Below are positions 52,874-62,539 of a stretch of DNA of 64,000 nucleotides, one piece after another. The stretch lies in the IMG/VR virus record IMGVR_UViG_3300036652_000269, positions 25,279 to 89,278 of that record; one strand, written 5' to 3'. The stretch is from a virus. Numbering within the stretch: position 1 is the stretch's first letter; each line of letters starts with the position of its first letter. The notes below the pieces were generated by a model. The model had not been told where the DNA came from and did no database searches. It saw only the letters and a list, made by a program, of their open reading frames with translations. The translations under genes were made by a program, and so were the position numbers.

Positions 52874-55696
52874 CTACCTTTGTTCGTGTTCGAGTTGGTC
52901 GAGTGCCCCTGCTTCGTACAGCTTCTTCAAGGTGCCGATCAGGCTGCCGTCCTTGCGGTACTGATCACCACCTGACACTGCACGCTTACTGCACCGGTCG
53001 ATGATGTCGGTGATTGATGCGTAGGGCCGGTTGTTGACTATCTCTACAGCTGCCGCTTCACCGATCCCGGCGATGGACACCAGTCCCTTGCGGATGTTGC
53101 CCCTGCGTTTGTCCATCGACCAGCTAGAGCCGGACATGTTGACATCGGGTGGACCGACCCGGATGCTGATCCGTCGTGCTTCACGGATGTACACCGCTTC
53201 CTTCTTGTCACCGGCCCAGGTCTGCAACAGCGCGGTCATGAACTCCAACGGGTAGTACGCCTTCAGGTACGCGCATCGATAACTGCGCACCCCGTAGCCG
53301 GTGGCGTGTGCACGGTTGAACCCGTATTCCACGAACCCCGCCGTCTGTGCCCAGGCTGCATCGGGGTCGATGCCCTTGTCGGCACACAGCTTGTCGAACT
53401 CTTCGCGGACTTCAGCCATCCGGCCACGGTTGCGTTCGGTGGCACCCTTACCTGAGTCCTTGACCACCTTGAAGAACTTGTTGATGCCTGCGATACCCAT
53501 GCCCATCTTGCGCATGATTTCGATGACCTGTTCTTGGAACACCACGGCACCGAACGTTTCGGACAACACTTCTTCGAAGATCGGGTGGATGTACTTGATG
53601 CGACTACGCAACTCGGGACGGTGCCGGTACTTGTTGTACAGATCAGTCTGCCCAGTGTTCATCGCACCAGGCATGTACAGGGCTTGCACCAGTACGGCGT
53701 CCTTTGTCGTCTTGACACCTAGCTCCTTGCCACCCTTCGACTTAGTGTAACCTTCGAAGTGAAAGATTCCGGTATCGGTTCGACCGTCACGAAGCAGGGC
53801 ACACGCCTTGGGGTCATCCTCCGGAATCCAGGTGAAGTCGCACGGGTCTTCCCGGCCCATCAGTTCCTGACAGATACGCATGGTGCGCAACGTGGCCTGG
53901 CCCAGTACGTCCATCTTCAGCAAGCCGAGTTCTTCCACGTCGTCCATGTCGTACTGGCTGGCACGGGTGTCCGACGATGCGACCAGCATGGTGGGCACGT
54001 AGTCACTGATCTTCACATCATCACCCGATAGCAACACACCGCCAGCGTGGACGCCGTAGGACCGATACGCGCTGTCCATCTTCGCCAGCGTCCTGAGTCC
54101 TATGTAGTCTTCACGGCTGATCTGGGCCACGTCTTCGATGGATTCCACGTGCCCATAGGTACGGGCGAAGATAGCCGCACCGTAAGACTTGATCGCTTCC
54201 TGCGTCGGCTTCCGTGAACCTTCTCGATCCGCCTTGTCCATCAGATAGTCGGATGCACGTTCAGCTGTTTCCCGCCGCTTGGACGCCAACCATGACACCA
54301 GTACGGAACCCCGGTCATCTTCACCGCGAGCACCGAGCTTGCCCCACGTGCCGATCTGTACGGCTTCATACTTCGACAACAAGTACGCAATGGCTTCCGG
54401 ACGACGTGAGTCTTCGATGTCCATGTCGATGTCGGGTGGCTTGATCCGGTCCCTGGACAAGAACCTTTCAAACAGACAGTTCCACCGCACCGGGTCAACC
54501 TGTGTGATCTTCATCAAGAAGTTGACCAGTGAACCGTTAGCCGAGCCACGTGCTTCGATGGCAATCTTTTCTTTCCGACACCACTGCACGAAGTCAAGCC
54601 AGATCATGAAGTAGCTGGCCATGCCCAGATCGTTGATGACCGACAGTTCGTAATCGAGTCGTGCTTCGTACCGCTTCTGGTACCTCTGCCGGTTGCTTGC
54701 TGCCAGGTAGACGGGCAGGGCTGCCTTGACTGCCTTGGTGATGATCTGCTGCGGATTCTTCACCATGGACGGCACATGGGCTTGGAACACATCGAGTGGC
54801 GGGATGACAACCTTGTTCAGTGCCAAGGTGGCATCTGCTGATTCCAGCACCCGATCCCATTGGCCGGGTGTGTAGTGTTCGCCAACCCATTCCGCACTGG
54901 CGAAGTGGAAGCTGTCACCGGGGAACTCGTCTTCTGCACCGCCGTAGACCATCCGCTTCATCAAGGCGTGTGCCTTCTTTTCGCGTTGGTCGGTGTAGTG
55001 GCAGTCCTGCGTGGCGATGACCGGAAGACCTAGCTTGTCCGCCAAACCGAACAGACCAGCCACTAGTGCGTCGTCGGTGATGATGTTCTGCGCTTCGTCT
55101 TGCTCCGGTGTGTGCACGATGTTGTGATGCTGCACTTCCACGAAGGTGTGCGGGAACGAATGGGCGTACATCTTCAGCACCCGCTCGGTGGCACTATCCC
55201 CACGACGCATCATGGTCTGTTGTGCCAACCCGAAGAAGCATCCCGATGTCAGGATGACATCTTCACCGTACTGCTCCCCGAACTCGATGAGGTCTTCCAG
55301 CTGCATCCGTGGGAACCGATTGAACCGTGGCCTGGTGTGCGTCAGGCTGACCAGCCGTACGAGCCCGTGGTACCCACGTTGACTGCGTGCTAGCAGACCC
55401 AGGTGGAACCGGGGAACCTTGCCCGCTTCTTTGTCAGCTAGCGAACCATCGAAGTCGGGGTCGATCAGGTACGCCTCAACGCCGGGGAACGGTGCGATGT
55501 TGTGTTCACGTGCGGCCCGATACAGCTGCACGGTACCTGCCATGTTGCCGTGGTCTGTCAATCCGATAAACGGCTGGCCGTCCAGTGCTGCCTTGGCCAC
55601 TAATCGTTTGACAGTTGACATACCGTCAAGCACAGAGAAGTTGCTGTGGGTGTGCAGGTTGCCCCAACGCTGTTTAATCGGTTGATGTTTTGGCAC
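52874..55696 (-). CDS. dnaE: DNA polymerase III alpha subunit (family C)
   Basis: PHP LHTHS.FS.LDG, TDHG; RGSA.GS; FERFL..DR..PPDIDMD; HAGG; KMDVLG; YGFN.AHA; YP.EF. Confidence 0.95.
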   Translation of the reverse strand: MPKHQPIKQRWGNLHTHSNFSVLDGMSTVKRLVAKAALDGQPFIGLTDHGNMAGTVQLYRAAREHNIAPFPGVEAYLIDPDFDGSLADKEAGKVPRFHLGLLARSQRGYHGLVRLVSLTHTRPRFNRFPRMQLEDLIEFGEQYGEDVILTSGCFFGLAQQTMMRRGDSATERVLKMYAHSFPHTFVEVQHHNIVHTPEQDEAQNIITDDALVAGLFGLADKLGLPVIATQDCHYTDQREKKAHALMKRMVYGGAEDEFPGDSFHFASAEWVGEHYTPGQWDRVLESADATLALNKVVIPPLDVFQAHVPSMVKNPQQIITKAVKAALPVYLAASNRQRYQKRYEARLDYELSVINDLGMASYFMIWLDFVQWCRKEKIAIEARGSANGSLVNFLMKITQVDPVRWNCLFERFLSRDRIKPPDIDMDIEDSRRPEAIAYLLSKYEAVQIGTWGKLGARGEDDRGSVLVSWLASKRRETAERASDYLMDKADREGSRKPTQEAIKSYGAAIFARTYGHVESIEDVAQISREDYIGLRTLAKMDSAYRSYGVHAGGVLLSGDDVKISDYVPTMLVASSDTRASQYDMDDVEELGLLKMDVLGQATLRTMRICQELMGREDPCDFTWIPEDDPKACALLRDGRTDTGIFHFEGYTKSKGGKELGVKTTKDAVLVQALYMPGAMNTGQTDLYNKYRHRPELRSRIKYIHPIFEEVLSETFGAVVFQEQVIEIMRKMGMGIAGINKFFKVVKDSGKGATERNRGRMAEVREEFDKLCADKGIDPDAAWAQTAGFVEYGFNRAHATGYGVRSYRCAYLKAYYPLEFMTALLQTWAGDKKEAVYIREARRISIRVGPPDVNMSGSSWSMDKRRGNIRKGLVSIAGIGEAAAVEIVNNRPYASITDIIDRCSKRAVSGGDQYRKDGSLIGTLKKLYEAGALDQLEHEQR

Positions 55697-56097
55697 AGTG
55701 GTCCTTTGTCGTCGTCGTCCGTGCCCACGATGTTAGCCGGTAGTGCCGACCATCGCAGCCGGTCCAGGAAACGGCCTGTACGCCACGCTGCCGGGCTATC
55801 AGTCAAGCAAGGCTGGGAAGCACCGCCGTAGCTGTTCGGTGGCCCAGATTTCGCGTGCACGGATTTCAGCAAGGTCGGTGTACTTCGCTCGCCAGTTGAA
55901 AGACCCGTTGTGTCCAGCCCACCACAAGCCGTTGCGCAGTATCCGTTCGACATCTGCGCAGGACAGTTCGGTGCCCAGTTCGGTATTGGACACGCAGAGA
56001 AGGTTCAGTGCTTGCCGACTGTCAATGTGATGGGCAACGTGGATTGTCATCCTGACTTTCCCGCCACGTCGCGGGGTAGGTACCAACATGGCGAGTG

Positions 56098-56370
56098 TTA
56101 TCCACGCGACACTTGGACTGTGCGCCAGGCACCCACGGCGTACACAGCAAGCAGGTATTTCTCGCGGGTAGGTGGTGTCATCCCGACCCGGCGTTGGTCG
56201 GGTGTCAGCGGGGCTGTGGATTCGACCAGATGATAGATGTACAGGTTGCCCAGGTCGTCGGTGTCCATGAACAGCATGTCTTCGGTGTACTCCGCCGACC
56301 TCCATTTACCGGTGTACCTGTAAAAGACCGTCATCGTCATGGTGGTGGGTGTGGTGTCATCGGTGGTCAT
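56098..56370 (-). CDS. Hypothetical protein
   Basis: Start MTTDDT with GAAAGGA RBS. Confidence 0.45.
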   Translation of the reverse strand: MTTDDTTPTTMTMTVFYRYTGKWRSAEYTEDMLFMDTDDLGNLYIYHLVESTAPLTPDQRRVGMTPPTREKYLLAVYAVGAWRTVQVSRG

Positions 56371-56563
56371 GTGGTTGCTGTCCTTTCGAAAGTTTACGGT
56401 TGGCGACGAAGTACAGTGGGATCGAGATTGGCCACAGTATCCCCAGCAGCCACACAACTATCGCTTCGACAATCCCGTGCGGTCGTGTCTTCCAGACAAT
56501 GTGCGCGGTGTTGATGATGGCGATGCCTACCCAGACCAGGTAGGCGATGGTGAGAGTGCTCAT
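56357..56563 (-). CDS. Small membrane protein
   Basis: Two TM segments, LWP motif. Confidence 0.5.
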   Translation of the reverse strand: MSTLTIAYLVWVGIAIINTAHIVWKTRPHGIVEAIVVWLLGILWPISIPLYFVANRKLSKGQQPHDHR

Positions 56564-56892
56564 CCATCCACCACCGGTAGCCGGATCATCGTGTCCGGGT
56601 CATCGGTTTCTTCGTGCCACTGCCGGAAGCCAAAGCGGGCGTACCAGTCCACCAGTTGGTGGAAGTCGGGACCGGTGCCGTCCGGTGTGACGGCAAGTAT
56701 CAGAATGACACTCTCCCGATCTGCATCCTTGCAGACCTTACGCAACAGTCGGGTAGCTGCCCCCTGGCGTCGGTACTTGTGATCGACTTCGACGGCAGAC
56801 ACCATCCAGGTCGGGCCAACCACCCCGACATCTTGACATTCGATGAGTGACACCGTTGCCCCGTGTTCTGGGTCGGTGTAGACATCACGCAT
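56560..56892 (-). CDS. GNAT acetyltransferase
   Basis: V...YRRQG.AT.LL acetyl-CoA motif and L..WY.RFGF. Confidence 0.75.
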   Translation of the reverse strand: MRDVYTDPEHGATVSLIECQDVGVVGPTWMVSAVEVDHKYRRQGAATRLLRKVCKDADRESVILILAVTPDGTGPDFHQLVDWYARFGFRQWHEETDDPDTMIRLPVVDG

Positions 56893-57073
56893 CAGGCACC
56901 TTTCAATGTGATAGTTGTGTTGGTTCCCCGACAGGCAGACGCACGTCGTACGGCGAATACGGATGGTGAACGCCTGCCTGCCGGGGTCGAGCATCCCGAC
57001 GTAGGACCCCCGCCCAGTCCTGGTTAGGTGGGTTAGGCATCGGGACGATTGGTACCGGGCGACCCGGCATGAG

Positions 57074-58369
57074 CTAGCTTGCTGTCACTTCGACACCAGC
57101 TTGCCTAGTACCCCAGCCGTTCTTCAGACAGGTCACGATGCCCCAGACCCGAAGTGGCCGGAAGATGACCCAACCCCACACAATGATGAGTGGGCTGAGC
57201 AACCACACCCCGAACTTCTGCCAGAACGTTTCATCTGTCCGATGGACAATCAACGTCCGCAACGTAACACCGTAAGTGAGCAACGGGCTAACCAACAACG
57301 TCGGGATGATGAGCCGGTAGTCGTGGTGCGTAGTCGGCCAGATCACCAGCACGTCAGCAAACACTACTGTCGTGACGATGAACTGCACCCAGCTGATTAC
57401 CTCGAACCACAACGCGATACCGGTGGCGGGCAGATAGCGGTACCGCCAGATCGACCTGATGAACATCCCACGGCACCAACGGAGTTGCTGCCTGACGTGG
57501 TGCGACAACCCTTCCGGCCATGTGGTGAAGGCCACTGCATTGTGCTGTTGGACAGTCTTACCTGCCAACAACGCGAACATGGTCAGCAGTGAGTCATCGC
57601 TGTACTTCACCGGACGACCACCAAAGGTTTCACCTAGATAGGCGTCTTCTGCGTTCCGTACCACATCCGCCTTGTACAGCGCGAACGGTCCAGAGTTCAC
57701 CAACACGTTGTTTGCCACCGACAACGCAGCACGGCTTGTCAGCTGCCACGTAGTGATGACCAGGTCGATGGTGCGAACCAAGATGCCGTGGTGTTTGTTC
57801 AGTGCCAGCACCAGTCCAGCTACCGACGTGACTTCAGGATCGATGAATGGCTTCAACCCGTTCTCGACTGCCTTCGGGTGTAGCAGGGTGTCGCTGTCGA
57901 TGGTGATAAAGATGTCGGCCATGTCACCACGGAACGTCTGCATCTGGGCGTGCCGCTTGCCCGCGTTGTCTTGTCGAGCCCACTCGAACCCAAGACTGTG
58001 GGCGTATGCGATTACGTCCGTGTAATCGACGGACGACCCATCATCGACAACCTGCACCCGATCCACACGGTGAGTCTGATCGGCAATAGACCGCAGCACC
58101 TTCATCAGCAGGGCGGGGTCTTCGTTATACACCGGGACGTTCAGGGTCACCTTCATCGCGCCAACGAGGGAATGTTGTCTGGCTGTTTTCAGTTCGACAG
58201 GGACATCGAACCAAGCTGCGACCAGCTGCCACGCCAGGAACAGGAACACACCAGCGAAGATGATGGTGAACGGGTAGACACTCTCCCGACGTACCAGGTG
58301 CGATACCGACAAGTAGTGGTGGTATGTCCACGCGACGATACCCACCAAGGTCAGGATGAGCGGAAGCAT
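57074..58369 (-). CDS. Processive GT2 glycosyltransferase (hyaluronan/chitin synthase, NodC-like)
   Basis: VPVYNED, VDDGS, GKR, DSDT, SGP, (S)DD..LT, QQLRW; N- and C-terminal TMs. Confidence 0.9.
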   Translation of the reverse strand: MLPLILTLVGIVAWTYHHYLSVSHLVRRESVYPFTIIFAGVFLFLAWQLVAAWFDVPVELKTARQHSLVGAMKVTLNVPVYNEDPALLMKVLRSIADQTHRVDRVQVVDDGSSVDYTDVIAYAHSLGFEWARQDNAGKRHAQMQTFRGDMADIFITIDSDTLLHPKAVENGLKPFIDPEVTSVAGLVLALNKHHGILVRTIDLVITTWQLTSRAALSVANNVLVNSGPFALYKADVVRNAEDAYLGETFGGRPVKYSDDSLLTMFALLAGKTVQQHNAVAFTTWPEGLSHHVRQQLRWCRGMFIRSIWRYRYLPATGIALWFEVISWVQFIVTTVVFADVLVIWPTTHHDYRLIIPTLLVSPLLTYGVTLRTLIVHRTDETFWQKFGVWLLSPLIIVWGWVIFRPLRVWGIVTCLKNGWGTRQAGVEVTAS

Positions 58370-58407
58370 GGTTCGCTTCCGCCCACCCACCTTCACGTCA
58401 GGCGTAA

Positions 58408-58572
58408 TCACTTGTCCGTGGCCTTCTTGTTGCGTCGGTAGCCGATACGCACGGCAACAAAACCGACCACGATGGTTGCAGCTGCGAGACCAGCTAACCA
58501 CAGTTGATTGATGACCAGGCCACCGATACTCAGCGAGGCCAATCCGGTGTAGGGGAGCTTTCCGTACGGCAT
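58408..58572 (-). CDS. 54-aa LPXTG-type sorting-signal mini-protein
   Basis: MPYGKLPYTG + hydrophobic stretch + RIGYRRNKK; GAAGGG RBS. Confidence 0.6.
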   Translation of the reverse strand: MPYGKLPYTGLASLSIGGLVINQLWLAGLAAATIVVGFVAVRIGYRRNKKATDK

Positions 58573-58770
58573 GTGTCTTGCCCTTCTGTGTTGTTGTGCT
58601 GTGTTGGTGTTGACCACCCCGAGCGCGCAGCATCCAGCCACGGTAGTTGTCAGGGTGATAGTCGAATCCGATGTCCCTGATATCGGATAGACAGCGCGAC
58701 TGCCGGTATCGAAACCGGACCGGGCTAGGAGTGAAGTGCCCGGTACTTCCTGTCAGTCGCTACGGGTGAA

Positions 58771-59016
58771 TCAGAACGCCGTGTCGATTGGTTCGACCTG
58801 GATGGTCGCACCCGGATGTCTGACTACCCGCATTAGAGCTTCGTCATGCTTCATGGATCGATAGGCCCGAAAGCCATCGGCCATCACGACGACGTACCAG
58901 CATGGGTCGGGCTTAGGTGCCCGACGACGCATCAGGAACCGGGGCTTACGCCTGGTCCCTTTCTTCTTGACAGTTGGTCGAGCTTCAGTTGGTTGACTGC
59001 TGAGCAGATTCCCCAC
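58771..59016 (-). CDS. Basic hypothetical protein
   Basis: 81 aa. Confidence 0.45.
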   Translation of the reverse strand: MGNLLSSQPTEARPTVKKKGTRRKPRFLMRRRAPKPDPCWYVVVMADGFRAYRSMKHDEALMRVVRHPGATIQVEPIDTAF

Positions 59017-59157
59017 CCCGGATCGTGTCCCTTCACGATTGCCCCTTCATGTGGCCCATGGCAGGGGCATCGTAGGCCCGTTGCATGAGTCCAGACAGTT
59101 GGGCGGGGCACCTATCGTCCGAACGGACGATGCGGGGTAGCTGGCATCAACTAGACA

Positions 59158-59218
59158 TGACGTAGCCCGGCCAGTTGGGATCGTGGGGGGTACGAATCCG
59201 TGGGGCCGGGCTACGTCA
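59158..59218 (-). terminator. 15-bp stem-loop
   Basis: TGACGTAGCCCGGCC...GGCCGGGCTACGTCA. Confidence 0.55.
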
Positions 59219-59259
59219 AGCGCAGTCTAGTCAGATGCTGACGCTATCGGAAGGACGGC

Positions 59260-59853
59260 CTACTCTTCTTCGCCGCCGAGCAGCAGGTCGATCAGCGCGG
59301 GCTTCTTGACCAGCTTGGGATAGGACAAACCCCATTCGTCGGCCAGGGCCTTCAGGTCGGCAAGGGACATTTCTTGAAGCTGCTCTTCGGTGTACTCTTC
59401 CTCGCCCTCGTCGCCTTCCTCTACCTCGGCCTCTTCCTCGGCCTCTTCCTCGGCCTCGTCGCCCTCTTCCTCTTCGCCTTCTTCGAACTCGACGTTGAGG
59501 ATGTTCTCGATCAGGGCGTCTTTGTCAGCCGCCGCGATGTCTTCGGGTTCGAACTCCAACCCCTTGGCGATCTTGCGAAGGGCCACCAGGGTCATCCCCT
59601 GAAGTTCGGCTTCGCGGGCTTCGTACTCGTCGCCACCCTCTTCGGCCTCTTCTTCGGCCTCTTCTTCCGCCTCTTCCTCATCCTCGGGCTCGGCCTCGGG
59701 AGCGGCCTTCTTGGCCGCGGTCTTCTTGGCCGGTGCGGGTGCCGCCTTCTTGGCAGCCGGTGCTGCTGTTGCGGTGTCGTCACTGCCGCCCAACGCCACT
59801 GCGATCAGTTCAGCGATAGCGGTAGCAAGCGCGTCAACATCGATCTTCGCCAC
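59260..59853 (-). CDS. Acidic protein with two Rho-N/HEH-like helical modules
   Basis: LQGMTLVALRKIAK...KDALIE and LQEMSLADLKALA...KKPALID. Confidence 0.6.
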   Translation of the reverse strand: MAKIDVDALATAIAELIAVALGGSDDTATAAPAAKKAAPAPAKKTAAKKAAPEAEPEDEEEAEEEAEEEAEEGGDEYEAREAELQGMTLVALRKIAKGLEFEPEDIAAADKDALIENILNVEFEEGEEEEGDEAEEEAEEEAEVEEGDEGEEEYTEEQLQEMSLADLKALADEWGLSYPKLVKKPALIDLLLGGEEE

Positions 59854-59928
59854 GGTGTAGCTCTCCTTCGGTTGTGTTTGTTGCTTGGGAGGTGTTGTTC
59901 TTGTCGAACGGATGGTGCCGTGGTGCTG

Positions 59929-60675
59929 TTACGACATCCGGCGACGGGCAACCTTGCGTGCGGTTGCCTTAGCCGGGGTTGCGGTTGCCTTCTTGGCGGG
60001 ACGACGGACGGCGGATCGCACCGGCACATCGTCTTCGTCTTCGTCATCCGCGATGGTGGACTTGCCACCCCGAGCAGAAGGCCGTGTCGCTGCCTTCTTG
60101 GCCGGGCGACGACCAGCGGTTCGCGCTGGCTTGTCGTCGTCGTCTTCGTCGTCGCTGTCCGCGTTGTCACCGACCTGCGATTCGAGCAACGCCCACAGGT
60201 CCAGCTTCTTGAACCGGTCCATGGACATCCTCGACGGCGATTCGTGGGTCACGTCGTAGGTGGTGTCCAGCCCGCTGCCTTCCCTGCTGAAGTCGTAGTC
60301 GCGGTCCAGCACAGTGCCGAACTTCTCGTACCGCTTCAGCATGGTTTCCGCTACCGACTTCGGCATTTCGAAAGCGATCACCTTGCCTTCCGTGACATCG
60401 ACGGCGTTGACGAGTACCCGCTTGGTGGCACGGATGCCCTGGGCACAGCCTTCACAGTCGTTGTCCCGGCCCACGCACGGTTCGGCGTGGTCTTGCATGA
60501 AGTGCTGGTAATACTCGATCCAACCGTCGCCCGGTTCGGTCATGAACCTGACGGTGATCCCCGCTTCGGGGATACGCTGCGTGCCCCCGCCGCCGCCCTT
60601 CTTCAGACTCTTACGGAGAGTCTTGGCGTCGGTGGCTTCGGTGGCACGGATCATCGATCTGTTCGCCACGTTCAT
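59929..60675 (-). CDS. Single-stranded DNA-binding protein (gp32-like)
   Basis: VRF...W..Y..H...PC....C..C...VNAVD...RDY...REG.GLDT.Y; acidic tail. Confidence 0.75.
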   Translation of the reverse strand: MNVANRSMIRATEATDAKTLRKSLKKGGGGGTQRIPEAGITVRFMTEPGDGWIEYYQHFMQDHAEPCVGRDNDCEGCAQGIRATKRVLVNAVDVTEGKVIAFEMPKSVAETMLKRYEKFGTVLDRDYDFSREGSGLDTTYDVTHESPSRMSMDRFKKLDLWALLESQVGDNADSDDEDDDDKPARTAGRRPAKKAATRPSARGGKSTIADDEDEDDVPVRSAVRRPAKKATATPAKATARKVARRRMS

Positions 60676-60767
60676 CCTTCCATCTGATAGTGCAAAGGGC
60701 CCGGCACCTGGTGATGCCGGGCGGTGCATTGAATCACGGCTGACTGACAAGAACTACCAGCCGCGAG

Positions 60768-61124
60768 TCACGGCATATCGATCACCTTCCTCATCTTCAG
60801 GACCTGATCCCAACGGTCAGTCAGGTCTTTGGACAGTTGATCGGCCACCGCGTCGAACGATGCCCCTTCACGGGTCGCGGTGTACGAAGCCAGTTCGACC
60901 CAGCCGTCAGCGATTGAGTCCGTACCATCGGCACGGCTGTCACGTATGACGGTGATGGTCACGATGAAGTTGGGGTGCACGGCTTCCGATGCGTTCGGGC
61001 ACACGTCATGACCGAACGACTGTGGGGTTGGTACCCCTTGTTCCTCCGCTGTCTTGGCGACAGCTTCGGTGTCGATGACGATGGGGATGCCGCACCCCTT
61101 GTTGCAAACGACTTCGACTATCAA
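60768..61124 (-). CDS. Hypothetical protein
   Basis: 118 aa, coupled. Confidence 0.5.
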   Translation of the reverse strand: MIVEVVCNKGCGIPIVIDTEAVAKTAEEQGVPTPQSFGHDVCPNASEAVHPNFIVTITVIRDSRADGTDSIADGWVELASYTATREGASFDAVADQLSKDLTDRWDQVLKMRKVIDMP

Positions 61125-61330
61125 GTCGACACACCCTTCCAGCTTTCAGGGAGAAAGCCACCCTGGGTCAGCCAGCCGTCCAATGCGGTGAACAGTTCGC
61201 ACATCCGGTCGCCATTGTCAGTCAGATACTGACTGCCCAGTTCCGTACGCATGATGGCACCGGCCCTGTCAGCTTCGTAGTAGCCATGCACCAGCGTGCG
61301 GAGTTCGTTCAGTGTTGCTTCGGGGTCCAC
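61121..61330 (-). CDS. Hypothetical protein
   Basis: MDP.ATL...F.ALD.WL..GGFLP..W, a motif seen in actinophage small proteins. Confidence 0.6.
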   Translation of the reverse strand: MDPEATLNELRTLVHGYYEADRAGAIMRTELGSQYLTDNGDRMCELFTALDGWLTQGGFLPESWKGVST

Positions 61331-61599
61331 TGCGCCTCTACTTCCTTCTTGGGTCGGCCTACCTTCTTGGTGGACTTGATGACCCGCAGCTTGTCGATGT
61401 CAGCTTCCGAGTACAGCTTGACTCGCACCCCACCGATCCAGGTTTCGTTTTTCAGAACGATACTGCCGGTGTCTTCCCACCGCTTCAAGGTGGATTCAGA
61501 TCGACCGATGATACGTGCGGCCATACTCCGCGTGTAGTAGCCATCGGGTATGCGTGGTGTGATGTGGTCTGTCGGTTTGACATTCATGAGGGTCATCAC
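61309..61599 (-). CDS. MerR-like HTH DNA-binding protein
   Basis: YT...AA..IGRS.STL.RWE..G...R..LYSE.DI..LR.I; GRP tail. Confidence 0.75.
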   Translation of the reverse strand: MMTLMNVKPTDHITPRIPDGYYTRSMAARIIGRSESTLKRWEDTGSIVLKNETWIGGVRVKLYSEADIDKLRVIKSTKKVGRPKKEVEAQWTPKQH

Positions 61600-61620
61600 G
61601 AGCGCTTTCTACTTGAAAGG

Positions 61621-62142
61621 TCAGCCGCTGCTGATAGCGTCTGCCGCTGCCTGGCACCCGTTCGGGTGACAGTGGCTGTGGTCATCGTGTTCGTGCTGGT
61701 TGAGGATGGCTGCACCGGCTGCGCTGCTGGACACACACGCCTTGTGCACGATGCCGATATGGCCGTTGATCGGGTTGCCGCAGATCAGGCACCATTGCAA
61801 GATGATGTCGGACTGGCCCAGTAGCTGTTCGACACTGCCGTTCATGATGGTTTCCGTGGAGACCAAGGATGTCAACCTGACAGACTCTTCATCGTCACCG
61901 AACTGGATGTCGATGTCCGGCATTTCCTGGTCGGTCAACAGGATGGCCACCGGAATCACGACGGTTGTGTTGCCATCGATCTGGTGCATATCAATCAGCA
62001 CCACGACCGACTGGCCCTTGTAAGTACCGGGGCATGGGAATAGCACGTGCTTGTCACTAGTGGCAAGGGTGTGCTTGGCCATTTCCAGCAAGGCGAGGTA
62101 CCGGGGTCCGACATCCCGTGGCAAGCTGTCGAAGTCAGGCAT
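61621..62142 (-). CDS. Hypothetical protein
   Basis: About 173 aa. Confidence 0.45.
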   Translation of the reverse strand: MPDFDSLPRDVGPRYLALLEMAKHTLATSDKHVLFPCPGTYKGQSVVVLIDMHQIDGNTTVVIPVAILLTDQEMPDIDIQFGDDEESVRLTSLVSTETIMNGSVEQLLGQSDIILQWCLICGNPINGHIGIVHKACVSSSAAGAAILNQHEHDDHSHCHPNGCQAAADAISSG

Positions 62143-62476
62143 GGGCACTGTCCCTGTCGTCGGCTTGCAGCAGGTCAATCAACTGAGCTTTGGTCAACCC
62201 GCTGTACCCGTGCAGCCCACGGTCCTTGCACATGCCCCGCAGGTCGGCGGCGGTGTGGTCGTCGTAGTCGTCTGCCGGGGTGCTGTTCACCACCCCGAGC
62301 GGCTTGGGCTGCACGATTGTCACCTTGACAGGCTTCACGTGCAGCTTGGCCAACTCGTCCTGGGTGGCGTTCTTCCAGCCGTCCAGCTTCAGGCAGGCAC
62401 ACTGCCGCCGGACCTTCTTCCCCCGCAGTCGCACGACGTTGCTGAAGTCGTGGGCGTGGGCCTTGGTGTTAGTCAT
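62135..62476 (-). CDS. Rho termination factor N-terminal-like domain protein
   Basis: Y...T.ADLR..CK.RGL.GYS.LTKAQLI.LL. Confidence 0.65.
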   Translation of the reverse strand: MTNTKAHAHDFSNVVRLRGKKVRRQCACLKLDGWKNATQDELAKLHVKPVKVTIVQPKPLGVVNSTPADDYDDHTAADLRGMCKDRGLHGYSGLTKAQLIDLLQADDRDSAHA

Positions 62477-62539
62477 CAGGGTCCTATCTGTTGTCTGCAT
62501 GACAGAGTGCCACGCAGCTGGTATGTGAACTGGGTCGGG

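Noticed and set aside
59374-60687. 437-aa plus-strand ORF and CTCTTCCTCGGC tandem repeats
   Set aside because: Shadow of the SSB and acidic-protein genes; repeats encode EEEAE runs.
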